Shown here: piece after piece, positions 1 through 10,686 of the stretch | Numbering within the stretch: position 1 is the first letter of the stretch | Layout: every line of letters begins with the position of its first letter | Source: an uncultured bacterium | Lineage (GTDB): Bacteria; Chloroflexota; UBA5177; JANWHV01 | Assembly: GCA_963827235.1 (NCBI GenBank) | Contig: CAWHAE010000016.1 | Coordinates: 704,001-768,000 of the forward strand | DNA: 64,000 nt | Direction of reading: 5' to 3' | The notes under the pieces: generated by a model | The model's input: the letters and a program-made list of their open reading frames with translations, nothing else | Databases searched by the model: none | Told to the model about the DNA's origin: nothing | Made by a program: the position numbers and the translations under genes

Positions 1-111
1 GTATCCGGCTGGCTCCATGCTTCCCGGGGCCGTGCCGCGTCGCTCTGCCATTTTTGGCCTGTATCAGGCCATGACGTCGGTCCGCGTCCGACTGCCGGCC
101 CGCGTCACGGA

Positions 112-2541
112 TCAGGTCCACGTCCAGTTGCTGATCTCCGGCATATCCTCGAGATGCTCGCGCGAGTAGGCGACTGACTTGCTGATCAGGGACTGCAGCT
201 CGGTGAGCAGTCCCGAAGCCTGGGGCCGTATGCGGCTCGCACGCTTGAGCGCTTCAGTTGCCAGGTGATAGCGGCTCATGTGGTTGAGAATTACCATGTC
301 GAACGGCGTGGTCGTGGTGCCCTGTTCGTTGAATCCGCGCACGTGGAATCGCTCGGCATTCACGCGTCCATGGATGATCTCGTGCACCGCCCGCTGATAG
401 CCGTGGAACGCGAAGATCACGGGTTTATCGGCCGTGAACAGATCCACGAATGCCGTCTCGGTCATGCCGTGCGGATGATCGTTTTGCGGGAACAGGCACA
501 TCAGGTCGACCACATTTACCACGCGGACCTTGAGCTCAGGAATGTGCTGGCGCAGCCAATGGGCTGCTGCCAGCGTTTCCTGCGTGGGGATGTCGCCGGC
601 GGACGCCAGCACGACGTCCGGCTCCACGTCCCGGTCGTTGCTCGCCCAATGCCATATGGAGGCGCCTCGCCTGCAGTGGTCTATCGCATCCTCCATGCTC
701 AGATATTGGAGCTGGGGCTGTTTGTCGATCACGATCAGGTTGACGTAGTTGCGGCTTCGCAGGCAGTGGTCGGCCACCGAGAGCAAGCAGTTCGCGTCGG
801 GCGGCAGGTAGATCCGGGTCACCGTGCCCTTCTTGGACAGCATGACGTCGATCAGTCCGGGTCCCTGATGGCTGAACCCGTTGTGGTCGTTACGCCAGCA
901 CGTCGACGTGAGCAGCGTGTTGAGCGAAGCAATGGGCTCGCGCCAGGGAAGGTCCAGCGCCTCCTGAAGCCACTTGGAATGCTGCACGAGCATGGACGCG
1001 GACACCATGGCGAACGACTCGTAGGTTGCGAAGAGACCGTGCCGGCCGGTAAGCGTGTAGCCCTCGAGCCAGCCTTCGCAATTATGCTCGCTCAACACCT
1101 CCATCACCCGCCCCGCGGGCGAGACATGGTCGTCGATCGAGATGGTGGGACCGACGAAGCACCGATTCTCCACCTCGAACACGTTGCCGAGGCGGTTCGA
1201 ATTCGCCTCGTCAGGGCAGAACAGCCTGAAATTGGCCTGAGTCTTGTTCCGCACATAGATATCGCGTAGCATCTGGCCCAGCTGCCTGGGTGACTCGTGG
1301 AACGTCTGGGCGGGGTGCGGCAGCTTCAGCGCATACTCTCGAAAATCGGGCAGGTCCAGGTTGACCAGGAGCTTGCCGCCGTTGGCGTGTGGATTGGCGC
1401 CCATTCGCCTGTCGCCGGCGGGTGAGAGCTCGGCCAGCTCAGGGGCCAGCCGCCCATTCCGATCGAACTGTTCCTCAGGCTTGTAGGAAAGCAGCCACTC
1501 CTCCAGAAGCCGGAGATGATCGGGATTCTTCCGCACCTCGCTCAGCGGCACCTGATGTGAGCGGAACGTGCCCTCGGTCGGCAGCCCGTCGACCTCTTTC
1601 GGTCCTGTCCAACCCTTGGGCGTGCGAAGCACGATTGCCGGCCATCGGGGTCGGGACGTGAATCCGTTCAGGCGGGCCGCCTCCTGAATGGCGCGGATCT
1701 TGGCATAGCATGTGTCCAGTGTGGCCGCGAACAGCTGGTGGGCCTCCTGCGGATCTCCGCTTTCCACAAAGTGCACGTCGTAGCCGTGGCCGCCGATCAC
1801 GGAACGTATGTCTTCATCGCTCGAACGAGCGAGAACGGTGGGATTGCCGATCTTGTAGCCGTTGAGGTGCAAGATCGGCAGTACCGCGCCATCGCGCACC
1901 GGATTGATGAAGCTCGGCCCTTTCCAGCCACCTGCCAAGGGAGCGGTCTCCGCCTCGCCGTCACCGACCACCGCGATAGCGATCAGGTCGGGATTGTCGA
2001 ACACGGCGCCGAACGCGTGCACGAGGACGTATCCGAGCTCTCCGCCCTCGTGAATCGAGCCAGGAGTAGTCACGCTGACGTGACTCGGGATGCCGCCCGG
2101 AGTAGAAAACTGCCGGAAGAGACGACGGATGCCCTCGACGTCCTGGGACACCTGCGGATAGATCTCCGAGTACGTTCCCTCCAGGTAGACGGCTGCGACC
2201 AGCGCCGGGCCGCCGTGACCGGGTCCTGCGAGATAGACGCAGTTGGCCTGCTGTTCCTTGATCAGCCTGTTGACGTGCACGTAGATGAACGATAGACCCG
2301 GCGAGGTACCCCAGTGGCCAAGCAGCCGGGGCTTGATGTGATCCGGTCGCAAGGGATAGCGAAGCAGCGGATTGTCCTGAAGGTAAATCTGGCCAATGGT
2401 CAGGTAGTTCATCGCCTGCCAGTAGCGATGCATCCGCTGCAACATCTCTTCGGACAGCGGCCCAGCGACGGGTTCGTGGGGTGCAGGTGTGGCTGTCTCG
2501 CTCGCAACTGCGCTGGATAGGGTGACGTCGAACTGGTACAC
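112..2541 (-). CDS. xfp: Phosphoketolase (xylulose-5-P/fructose-6-P, TPP-dependent)
   Basis: Motifs LLGHWGTSPG, GPGHG, GSIHEGGELGY, TPP-binding GDGEAET, RNDHNGFSHQGPG; AGGAG RBS before the GTG start. Confidence 0.95.
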   Translation of the reverse strand: MYQFDVTLSSAVASETATPAPHEPVAGPLSEEMLQRMHRYWQAMNYLTIGQIYLQDNPLLRYPLRPDHIKPRLLGHWGTSPGLSFIYVHVNRLIKEQQANCVYLAGPGHGGPALVAAVYLEGTYSEIYPQVSQDVEGIRRLFRQFSTPGGIPSHVSVTTPGSIHEGGELGYVLVHAFGAVFDNPDLIAIAVVGDGEAETAPLAGGWKGPSFINPVRDGAVLPILHLNGYKIGNPTVLARSSDEDIRSVIGGHGYDVHFVESGDPQEAHQLFAATLDTCYAKIRAIQEAARLNGFTSRPRWPAIVLRTPKGWTGPKEVDGLPTEGTFRSHQVPLSEVRKNPDHLRLLEEWLLSYKPEEQFDRNGRLAPELAELSPAGDRRMGANPHANGGKLLVNLDLPDFREYALKLPHPAQTFHESPRQLGQMLRDIYVRNKTQANFRLFCPDEANSNRLGNVFEVENRCFVGPTISIDDHVSPAGRVMEVLSEHNCEGWLEGYTLTGRHGLFATYESFAMVSASMLVQHSKWLQEALDLPWREPIASLNTLLTSTCWRNDHNGFSHQGPGLIDVMLSKKGTVTRIYLPPDANCLLSVADHCLRSRNYVNLIVIDKQPQLQYLSMEDAIDHCRRGASIWHWASNDRDVEPDVVLASAGDIPTQETLAAAHWLRQHIPELKVRVVNVVDLMCLFPQNDHPHGMTETAFVDLFTADKPVIFAFHGYQRAVHEIIHGRVNAERFHVRGFNEQGTTTTPFDMVILNHMSRYHLATEALKRASRIRPQASGLLTELQSLISKSVAYSREHLEDMPEISNWTWT

Positions 2542-2993
2542 GGCCTTCTCCTGTCTACGCGGCAGTCTCCGACTGGTTTCAGTAGCGATGCGCTCCGACG
2601 GCGCCAGGCGCGAGCAGGACGAGCTCTACAGAGCGCGAGCCCGCCGCGCGATCTGCATCAACGCCCGCGCAGCGTATCTCTCGCTGTCATGGGCACAAGT
2701 CGTATGGTATCAGCCGGCATGCGCCGGTGATCCGGTTCCGCGCTGATCGGAGCGGCTAGCTCCGGTCGACGGCCTCGCCTTGGCGAGCCCCGTCGCTCGA
2801 CCCCGCTGCCTCCCCACGCAGGCGAATTGCTTACCGTGGAGGCCGCGGCACCACGTCCCGATAGCATGACACGATCAGCATGGCGTCGCGGCAGATGGGC
2901 AGGCGCCATATGCCGTCCCGGGTCAGCGCTTCAGCGCCCTGCTTCCGGACGGCGGAACGGCCCGCCAAGGCATGGCGCGCCGTGCGGCCTATC

Positions 2994-5213
2994 CTATGCT
3001 TTGCGCCCGCCGGAGTCCCGTGCAGCTTGGGCGGGACCCCTGGCTGCCTGTGTCCGCGTGGGCACGCGCCGCTCGCCGTGCTCACCCGGTAACTGGTTGC
3101 AGAGCAGTACTACCACGCTGTGCGAGCGGACCAGGTATGTCTGCGCGGCGACGGGCTCTTCGTGGCCCTCCTCGAGAATGTCTCGCGGTGACGGCTCATA
3201 CGTGTCCAGCACGCGGTACCAACGCGGCGCCCCGTCGAGCGGAGGCGGCAGCTCGAAGTTGGCGTCCGTCAGCGCCATGTTGAGCATCACGTGCAGAGCC
3301 GGATCGCTGAGCGACTCGGTCAGAGTAAAGGCCAGGTATCGGCTCTCGGTATCGCTCCAGGCCGGATCGTGCAGAAACCGCCCATGCCAGGAAATGTCTC
3401 TCAGGCCATGCCGGCCGATCTCGCCGGTAAAGAAGCGGCCTCGCAACAGGCTGGGATTTCGCTTGCGGAAGGCAATCGCGAGCTTGACGAAACGATACAT
3501 GTCGCGGTTCTTGTCCAGCAGCCCCCAGTCGAACCAGCTCGTCTCGTTGTCCTGGCAGTAGGCGTTGTTGTTCCCGCCTTGAGTCCGCCGCGCCTCGTCA
3601 CCGGCCAGCAGCATGGGAACGCCCTGCGACAGAAGCAGTATGGCGATGAAGTTCCTCATCTGCCTCTCTCTCAGGGCCGCGATAGCAGCGTCCGTGGTGG
3701 CGCCCTCGACCCCGCAGTTCCAGCTCATGTTGTCGGTCGTGCCATCACGACTATCTTCACCGTTCGCGCTATTGTGCTTCTCGTTGTACGACACCAGGTC
3801 GTTCAGAGTGAAGCCGTCATGGCACGTGATAAAGTTCACGCTGTTGATGGGCAGAGATCCTGCCCGGCTGAAGACATCGGCGCTGCCGCACAGTCGTGAT
3901 GCGAGCAGCCCGATCAACCCAGGGTCACCTCTGACGTATCGGCGCACATCGTCGCGGAAGTGCCCATTCCACACGGCCCAGCGATGACCCGGGAACCGCC
4001 CCACTTCGTAAAGACCGGCAGCGTCCCATGCCTCAGCAATCACCTTGGTATTGGCTAGCTGCTCGGAGAGCTCGATAGCCCAGATCACCGGCGGGTGGAT
4101 CAGGGGGACGCCGTCTTCGCCACGGGACATGATGGACGCTTCGTCGAAGCGGAAGCCGTCCACGTGCATTTCCCGCACCCAGTACTCGAGGGAGTCGAGA
4201 ATGAGTTTCATGACGATAGGGTGGTTGCAGTTGACCGTGTTGCCGCATCCCGAGAAGTCGAGATAGAGCTCCTTGTCCTCCGACCGAAGCATGTAGTAGG
4301 ATGCGTTGTCCAGTCCCCGATAGCTGATCACGGGGCCTTTCTCGCTTCCTTCACCTGTATGGTTGAACACGACGTCCAGGATCACCTCGAGCCCTGCCCT
4401 GTGCAGCGCTTTGACCATCTCCTTGAACTCGAGCAGGTGATCGGCGTAGTCGGCGGAGACGCAGTAGCCGGGGTGAGGGCAGAAGAAGCCAATCGTGCTG
4501 TACCCCCAGAAGTTGGTCAGTCGCCGATGCGTAACGGGATTGAAGTGCGCATCCTCATTGGGATCGAACTGGAAGGTTGGCAGCAGCTCCACCGCCGTGA
4601 CGCCAAGGTCTTGCAGGTAGGGAATCTTCTCGATCACGCCCAGGAAGGTGCCGGGCCGTTCCGCGCCGGCAGAGGGGGACTTGGTGAATCCTCCGACATG
4701 CATCTCGTAGATGATGCTCTTGTTCATCGGATGGTTGAGCGGCGCGTCACCCTCCCAGTCGAAGCCGCGCGTGTCCACCACGACGCTTCTCATGGACCGC
4801 GCCACGTTGTAGGCAGGTAGGGTCGCGGCGTCGCGGTTCCAGCGGCTCATGTCATTGGCCCTGGCGTACGGGTCAATCAGCACTTTGTTCCAGTCGTATC
4901 GATGTCCTTGGCCGTGCAGGTCCCTCGGGCCGTGGACTCTGAACGCGTATCGCGCGCCGGGGTGCAACCCTTTGACGTAGATATGCCAGAATAAAAACGT
5001 GCGGTTCTCGGAGGGATCCAGGAGAACCTGGCGGACGGTCTCTGCTTTGCCACGGCCCTCGAACAGGAGCAGGGCCACGGCCGTTGCCGATCCGCAGTAG
5101 AGGCAGAAGTTCACACCTTGCCCATCATACACGGCACCGAGCGGGTAGGGCGATCCTGGAGCCAGAGCAAAGGCGGGCCCCAGAGATTCCGTAACGGCCA
5201 CGCCATCGGCCAC
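2994..5213 (-). CDS. glgX: Glycogen debranching enzyme/isoamylase (GH13_11)
   Basis: IYEMHVGGFT, DVVFNHT, catalytic FRFD, IAEAWD, CHDGFTL, GGNNNAYCQDNE; start moved to GTG 5213 behind GGGAGG. Confidence 0.93.
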   Translation of the reverse strand: MADGVAVTESLGPAFALAPGSPYPLGAVYDGQGVNFCLYCGSATAVALLLFEGRGKAETVRQVLLDPSENRTFLFWHIYVKGLHPGARYAFRVHGPRDLHGQGHRYDWNKVLIDPYARANDMSRWNRDAATLPAYNVARSMRSVVVDTRGFDWEGDAPLNHPMNKSIIYEMHVGGFTKSPSAGAERPGTFLGVIEKIPYLQDLGVTAVELLPTFQFDPNEDAHFNPVTHRRLTNFWGYSTIGFFCPHPGYCVSADYADHLLEFKEMVKALHRAGLEVILDVVFNHTGEGSEKGPVISYRGLDNASYYMLRSEDKELYLDFSGCGNTVNCNHPIVMKLILDSLEYWVREMHVDGFRFDEASIMSRGEDGVPLIHPPVIWAIELSEQLANTKVIAEAWDAAGLYEVGRFPGHRWAVWNGHFRDDVRRYVRGDPGLIGLLASRLCGSADVFSRAGSLPINSVNFITCHDGFTLNDLVSYNEKHNSANGEDSRDGTTDNMSWNCGVEGATTDAAIAALRERQMRNFIAILLLSQGVPMLLAGDEARRTQGGNNNAYCQDNETSWFDWGLLDKNRDMYRFVKLAIAFRKRNPSLLRGRFFTGEIGRHGLRDISWHGRFLHDPAWSDTESRYLAFTLTESLSDPALHVMLNMALTDANFELPPPLDGAPRWYRVLDTYEPSPRDILEEGHEEPVAAQTYLVRSHSVVVLLCNQLPGEHGERRVPTRTQAARGPAQAARDSGGRKA

Positions 5214-5558
5214 GCCGCCCTCCCGCTTGCTTTCACGTATTCGATCTTTCACCTGGCCTCGCCCGTCTGCGCCATCCCTGGGAGCGCTGGTACTCAAAGC
5301 GTGCACCGCGTTCCACCTCGCTCCCGGGGTTCGGTGCCTACATCCAGGTTAGCTGCGAAGTGGCAACGAGCCGAAGGCATCCGTGGACACAGCCGGGCTA
5401 TTGTCGCCCCGCCGCGCGGAACGCGTGGCGTCCCCCGTCTCGCTTCTGAACGCGATTGGCGGGGGACGTTGGTCCGTGGTGCTGGATTGGCTGCCGGCCT
5501 GGAGCAGAGCGCTCGCGGCACGGCGAGCATGGCACGCGTTGGGAGGGCGTTTAGCCGG

Positions 5559-6191
5559 TCAGCTGATCGTCAGCGTGAGACTGTTGCTCCAGGTATTGGT
5601 CGCGGTGTCAACTGCCATCACCGTCACCTGCGCCGGATAGTCGCTGAGCGCCACGCTTGTGACGAGTGAAACGGTCCCACCGCCGGTGTAGAAGACCTGG
5701 GGCTCGGTAAGTGTCTGATAACGGCAGACCTGGGTAGTCTGGGCAACCGTGCGTACCGGTGCCTGCTGAGCGTTGACCGGTGCGGCGCCGGTGGAAGCTC
5801 CTCCCGGGGCCTGTTGTCCGCTACCCGGGGCGGTGCCGCCGAGCGGCTGCGTCCCGGACGCCGGTACCATGGTCGTCACAGCCGTGCAGACTGGAACGGC
5901 ACTTGTCACGTAGCTCACCTGGGCAGTCGTCGAGCTAGCCTGTACCGGGACCGTCGCGAGCACCGTCCCGGTGCTCGCATTGAATATTGCGACCTTTACG
6001 GTGCTGCCGGCCGTGAAGCCGGAGCCACTGAGCGTCAGCTGATAGGTTCCACTGTTGCCGGTAAGCGCTGCGAAAATCACCGGTGCTGAGCCGGCCGCTT
6101 TTGCCGAGGGCACGACCGTCGCTCCAACTGCGCCCGCGGCGCCCAGCAGAGCTATGACCACCATGAACCGCCGGGGTATTCGCGTGAACAT
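5559..6191 (-). CDS. Secreted hypothetical protein, beta-strand-rich with a low-complexity G/A/P/Q insert between two Cys
   Basis: Signal peptide (MFTRIPRR + hydrophobic stretch + AKA), purine-rich RBS. Confidence 0.7.
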   Translation of the reverse strand: MFTRIPRRFMVVIALLGAAGAVGATVVPSAKAAGSAPVIFAALTGNSGTYQLTLSGSGFTAGSTVKVAIFNASTGTVLATVPVQASSTTAQVSYVTSAVPVCTAVTTMVPASGTQPLGGTAPGSGQQAPGGASTGAAPVNAQQAPVRTVAQTTQVCRYQTLTEPQVFYTGGGTVSLVTSVALSDYPAQVTVMAVDTATNTWSNSLTLTIS

Positions 6192-6326
6192 TGTCTCTCT
6201 CCATTCTTCCCTTTGTGTTTCTCATCTACCTTCTATTCATCGTTATCGTTCGCCCGACGTACCACACCGAGCCTTCTCTGTCCACGACTCCTCGATATGT
6301 CCTTCCTTTCTCTGTCTTACACCCGT

Positions 6327-6379
6327 ATCCTATAATCCGCATCTAAGAACAGCCTAAGCAGACTGTTAAGAGAACCTAA
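6327..6379 (-). promoter_or_regulatory. Four ~11-bp-spaced TTAG(G/A)-like half-sites upstream of a TAGGAT -10; OmpR/PhoB-type operator candidate
   Basis: Minus strand TTAGG-ttctc-TTAAC-agtctgc-TTAGG-ctgttc-TTAGA, then 9 nt, then TAGGAT (6332-6327). Confidence 0.45.
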
Positions 6380-6915
6380 ACATTTGCCCAGAAGCGTTCT
6401 TGGGTTGGTGCTTCGGAGGATTCACTATTCCTCCGTATGCGCACACGCAGGTAGCGCGAGTGTTGCCGATCCCGGGGTCAGCCGCAGTAAGGGAACGTCG
6501 CCGCCCACGCCGCGCAGCAGCTACACCCCCACGCCATGGGCTGTCTGCCCCCAAAAGGGCAGGCGTGATCGGCGCACCGGTGCCCGGTCAGCCGCAGTGG
6601 TGAATCACTTGCCTCGCGTGCGCCGCAGACACGTTGCCTGGGGCAGTAGCCCAGCCCAGACCCGCCAGCTGGCCGGGCGACCATGCGCCCATCGGGAAAC
6701 CGTGAAATTATTGGTGCACGCAAGGCGATGCGTATCGTATCGGCGCGAACACGAGCATGTCGATTCGTGGACTGCTAGGGGACTATTTGTACAGTGAATC
6801 GACGTAATCGTGCAGTAGGCTCGCGATGCGCACCGTATTGGCCATTGAGAAGTCCGACCTGTGCAGTATCATCGTGGCACGGGCCACAGTCATTACCGCG
6901 AATGACAGGGTGTCT

Positions 6916-7750
6916 ATGGACCGGTCGTTGCTCACCACCGTTCACGTCGCGCGCCAGCTAGGTCTATCGAAGCGCACCGTCCTCAACGCCGTGGCCGCCG
7001 GCTAGCTGCAGGCAGTCTACCGCATGCCCGGCGGCGCTTGCCGTTTCATCAAGAGGGACGTGGAGCGCTACGCACAGTGGCGCGTGGCCAAGCACCAGAT
7101 GGAACAACAGGCGCGCACGAACGACGAAGACTCCTTCCCGCGGCTGGATGGAAGCGTCGACCGGGTGCGCTGGGAGATAGAGCCCTGGTACGAGAGGCCC
7201 GGTCGTGTCGGCGGGATCATTCTCTTCTCGGAGGCGATCACTGGTCGCAAGCAGATCGAGGACAAGCTCCGGCGCAGTGAGGAGCGCTACCGGCGGATCG
7301 TGCAGACGGCGCAGGAAGGCGTCTGGGAGGTCGACGGCGACAAGTGAAGGACGCCGGCGTGACACCCAGTCCTAACGTCACTGCGGACGCTACCCTGGCG
7401 GAGCAAGTGTTGACCAACCTGCTGGACAACGCCGCCAAGTACTCCTGGAGGACAGCCGGATCGATCTGTCCTGGTCGGAGGAGTGCAGTAAGGCGGTGGT
7501 GCGCGTGCGCGACCACGGCCCCGGCATCCCCGCGCAGGGACAGCACATACTGTTCTCGCGATTTGGCCGCGTGCCCGGAAGCCGCTTGCGTACCGGCCAC
7601 GTGGGCACCGGACTCGGTCTACTTCTCGGACGCGCCTATTCCGAAACCATGGGCGGGTCGCTCGATCTGGAGTCGGCCGGCGAGCGAGGCAGCACGTTCA
7701 GGTTGCGCTTACGCGTGTGCCTGCCTGAGCCGCCGTCGCATGTCGCATGA
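6916..7750 (+). pseudogene. Decayed excisionase-like HTH + PAS/PAC + HATPase sensor kinase
   Basis: ATG 6916 reads MDRSLLTTVHVARQLGLSKRTVLNAVAAG*LQAVYRMPGG with in-frame TAG at 7003; PAC/PAS remnant (RKQIEDKLRRSEERYRRIV) stops at 7347; N-box QVLTNLLDNAAKYS and G-boxes DHGPGIP/GTGLGL lie in different frames; no HisKA. Confidence 0.8.
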
Positions 7751-7780
7751 TCGGGCGACGACGCCGCGAACCCCTCCTTG

Positions 7781-9178
7781 TTACACCTCTTTGAGCGCGC
7801 CGATAATCTTCAGGATCGACGCGCGCGCATCGCCGAACAGCATCATGGTCTTCGGATTGTAGAACAGCGGGTTGTCGATACCGGCGAAGCCCGGATTCAT
7901 GCTGCGCTTCAGAATGATGATCGATCGCGCGTGGTCGACGTTCAGGATAGGCATGCCGTAGATCTCGCATGTCGGATCGTTTCGGGCCGCGGGGTTGGTG
8001 ACGTCGTTTGCGCCCACCACGAGCGCGACGTCCGCGTGCTCAAACTCGCCGTTGATGGCATCCATCTCGTAGAGCTGCGAGTATGGCACGTTTGCTTCCG
8101 CCAGTAGCACGTTCATGTGTCCCGGCATACGGCCCGCGACGGGGTGGATGGCGAACTTCACGGTCACGCCGCGCTGCTCGAGCATCGTCGCCATCTCGCG
8201 CACCTCCTGCTGGGCTCTCGCCACGGCAAGGCCATATCCGGGCACCACGATGACCAGGTGAGCGTAGGCGAGGGACGCCGCGAGATCCTCAGCCGAGATA
8301 CTCTTGACCACCTTCGCCTGGCCCGCGGCAGCGCCGGTCCCGGCGCCGACGGCGAGCGTGCCGAAAGCGCCGAACAGAACGTTGAACAGCGAGCGGTTCA
8401 TGGCCGTGCACATGAGTATGGTCAGAATCGTGCCTGAGGCGCCGACGAGGGTGCCGCCGACGATGAGGGCCGGGATGTCTCTGTCGAACCCGGTCGCCGC
8501 CGCCGCGATACCGGTGAACGAGTTGAGCAGCGAGATGACCACGGGCATGTCACCGCCGCCGATCGGAATGACCATCAGCACGCCTACGACCAGCGCTCCC
8601 ACGGCTACGAAGGCCAAGAGCGGGCCGAGCGCATGATGGAATATGAAGAAGAGGGAAGCCGCGACGAGCACTGCCAGCAGCGCCAGATTGACGTAGTTCT
8701 GCCCTTTGAACGTGATCGGCCGGCTGCCCATGATCTCCTGGAGCTTGGCGAAGGCAATCAGGCTTCCAGTGAAGCTGATCGAGCCGATGATCACGCTGAC
8801 AGCCGCCCACGACGTTGCACCTGTATTCGTCAGCGTGCCGCTGGTGGGCAGGTGAGGAACCAACGCGCCGCCGGCGACAAGCGCCGCCGCGCCCGCCCCC
8901 ATGCCGTTGAACAGAGCAACCATCTGCGGCATCGCGGTCATGCGCACAAGGCGGCCGCCAGCCGTGCCGATCGCCGTGCCTACCACCATGGCCGCTATGA
9001 CCAGAGGCACGTTGTTGGCATGCTCGTTGATCAGCATGGTTGCGATGGCGATCAGCATGCCGATCGCGGCCGCGGCGTTGCCCGACCGTGCCGTCACGGG
9101 CGAGCGCAAGCGCATGATGCCGAAGATGAAGAAGACCGAGGTAATCAGGTACGCGATTTGCGTCTGCTGATCACTCAT
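7781..9178 (-). CDS. pntB: NAD(P)+ transhydrogenase subunit beta
   Basis: MTAMPQMVALFNG, IGGGDMPVVISLLNS, PGYGLAVA, HPVAGRMPGHMNVLLAEA; ATG 9178 overlaps the upstream gene. Confidence 0.95.
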   Translation of the reverse strand: MSDQQTQIAYLITSVFFIFGIMRLRSPVTARSGNAAAAIGMLIAIATMLINEHANNVPLVIAAMVVGTAIGTAGGRLVRMTAMPQMVALFNGMGAGAAALVAGGALVPHLPTSGTLTNTGATSWAAVSVIIGSISFTGSLIAFAKLQEIMGSRPITFKGQNYVNLALLAVLVAASLFFIFHHALGPLLAFVAVGALVVGVLMVIPIGGGDMPVVISLLNSFTGIAAAATGFDRDIPALIVGGTLVGASGTILTILMCTAMNRSLFNVLFGAFGTLAVGAGTGAAAGQAKVVKSISAEDLAASLAYAHLVIVVPGYGLAVARAQQEVREMATMLEQRGVTVKFAIHPVAGRMPGHMNVLLAEANVPYSQLYEMDAINGEFEHADVALVVGANDVTNPAARNDPTCEIYGMPILNVDHARSIIILKRSMNPGFAGIDNPLFYNPKTMMLFGDARASILKIIGALKEV

Positions 9179-9491
9179 TGGCGGCAGCCTTCTTTGACTC
9201 CTGCTTCCGGCTCGCGGATCCTCGGAACATCTCAAGGATGCGGTCCGTCACCACGAAGCCGCCCACAACGTTGATCGATCCCAGTGCCACCGCGGCCGTG
9301 CCGATCGTCACGCTGATCCAGCCATGCGCGGTGGTAGCAATGTCGATACCGCCGATCAGGATGATGCCGTGAATGGCATTGGTGCCCGACATCAGCGGCG
9401 TGTGTAGAATAGACGGTACTTTCGATATCAGAACGAACCCGATGAAGGCAGCCAATACGAAGATGTAGGCATCGAAAACAAGACTAGACAT
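9171..9491 (-). CDS. pntAB: NAD(P)+ transhydrogenase alpha subunit, membrane part
   Basis: LHTPLMSGTNAIHG, INVVGGFVVTDRILEMF. Confidence 0.93.
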   Translation of the reverse strand: MSSLVFDAYIFVLAAFIGFVLISKVPSILHTPLMSGTNAIHGIILIGGIDIATTAHGWISVTIGTAAVALGSINVVGGFVVTDRILEMFRGSASRKQESKKAAANE

Positions 9492-10686
9492 TTGGTGCAG
9501 CTACTCCTTCCACGGCATCGAGCCGATCTTTGGTGGCGCGGTGCACGACTATCCCGCCGTGCGTGATGCAGGTTGAGCGCACGATCTCGTCCTCGAGACT
9601 CACCTCGAGCGCCGCACCGGCATTGCCCTGCTTCAGTCCGTTGGCAAGCAGGTGCTCCAGGTAGGTGCAAACGTTGCGCCCGAATAGCTGGCTGGCATGC
9701 ACCGGCATGGTAGCAGGCATGTTGGCGGGCGCGTCGATGGTGACGCCGTGCGCAACGATGCACTTTCCCAGCTCGGTGAGCGCGCAGTTGCCGCCCGTGC
9801 CGGCCGACAGGTCGATGATCACCGACCCCGGGCGCATGTTCGCCACCATCTCCGCTGTAATCAGGATCGGCGCGCGCGCTCCCGGTATAGCCGCGGTGGT
9901 GATCACCACATCAGCGGCCCGCAACGGCTCCGCCAGGAGATCCTGCTCTTTGCGGTAGGCCGACTCGTCTAGCTGACGGGCGTATCCGCCGGCATCCTGT
10001 GCGTGCTCGACCTCCATAGGAATGGTGAGAAACGTGGCGCCCAGGCTTTCGACCTGCTCGCGCACGACCGGCCGTGTATCGAACGCCTGAACCACGGCTC
10101 CCAGCCGCCGCGCCGTTGCGATGGCCTGCAGGCCGGCTACTCCAGCTCCTAGAATCAACACCTTTGCCGGAGTCACAGTGCCGGCTGCCGTCATAAGCAG
10201 CGGGAAGAACTTCGCCAGATGGGAGGCTCCCAGCAGTGCGGCACGGTAGCCTGCGACCGTGGCCATGGAAGACAGCACGTCCATGCTTTGTGCACGCGTG
10301 ATGCGCGGCATCGATTCCAGGCTAAATGCCGTGACGTCGCGTGCCGCCAGTTGCTTCATGCGCGCCGGTGAGGTCAGCGGCTCGAGCAACGCCACGAGCG
10401 CCGAGCCACCGCGAAGCAAGCTAATCTCGTCCACGCCGTCAGCCGGATTTATGCCCGGCGCGCGAACCTTGAGCACGAGATCAGCCCGCGCGTAGAGGTC
10501 CTTGGCGTCCCGAGCGATGGTAGCGCCAACCTGAGTATACGCTCCGTCGTCGGCGAAGGCTGCCATGCCGGCGCCGGATTCAACGTGCAGTGCGTGGCCC
10601 TTCTTCACGAGGTAGCCAACGCGCTCGGGCAGCAATGCAACCCTGCGCTCGTCGGCCAGTATCTCCTTCGGAATTCCGATCAACAT
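9484..10686 (-). CDS. pntAA: NAD(P)+ transhydrogenase alpha subunit, soluble NAD-binding part
   Basis: IGIPKE..ERRVAL, PRITRAQSMDVLSS, GAGVAGLQA, GGNC. Confidence 0.95.
   Translation of the reverse strand: MLIGIPKEILADERRVALLPERVGYLVKKGHALHVESGAGMAAFADDGAYTQVGATIARDAKDLYARADLVLKVRAPGINPADGVDEISLLRGGSALVALLEPLTSPARMKQLAARDVTAFSLESMPRITRAQSMDVLSSMATVAGYRAALLGASHLAKFFPLLMTAAGTVTPAKVLILGAGVAGLQAIATARRLGAVVQAFDTRPVVREQVESLGATFLTIPMEVEHAQDAGGYARQLDESAYRKEQDLLAEPLRAADVVITTAAIPGARAPILITAEMVANMRPGSVIIDLSAGTGGNCALTELGKCIVAHGVTIDAPANMPATMPVHASQLFGRNVCTYLEHLLANGLKQGNAGAALEVSLEDEIVRSTCITHGGIVVHRATKDRLDAVEGVAAPNV

Noticed and set aside
7003-7005. In-frame TAG as pyrrolysine or readthrough
   Set aside because: The same gene has further stops, frameshifts and deletions, and TAG is a normal stop elsewhere in the window
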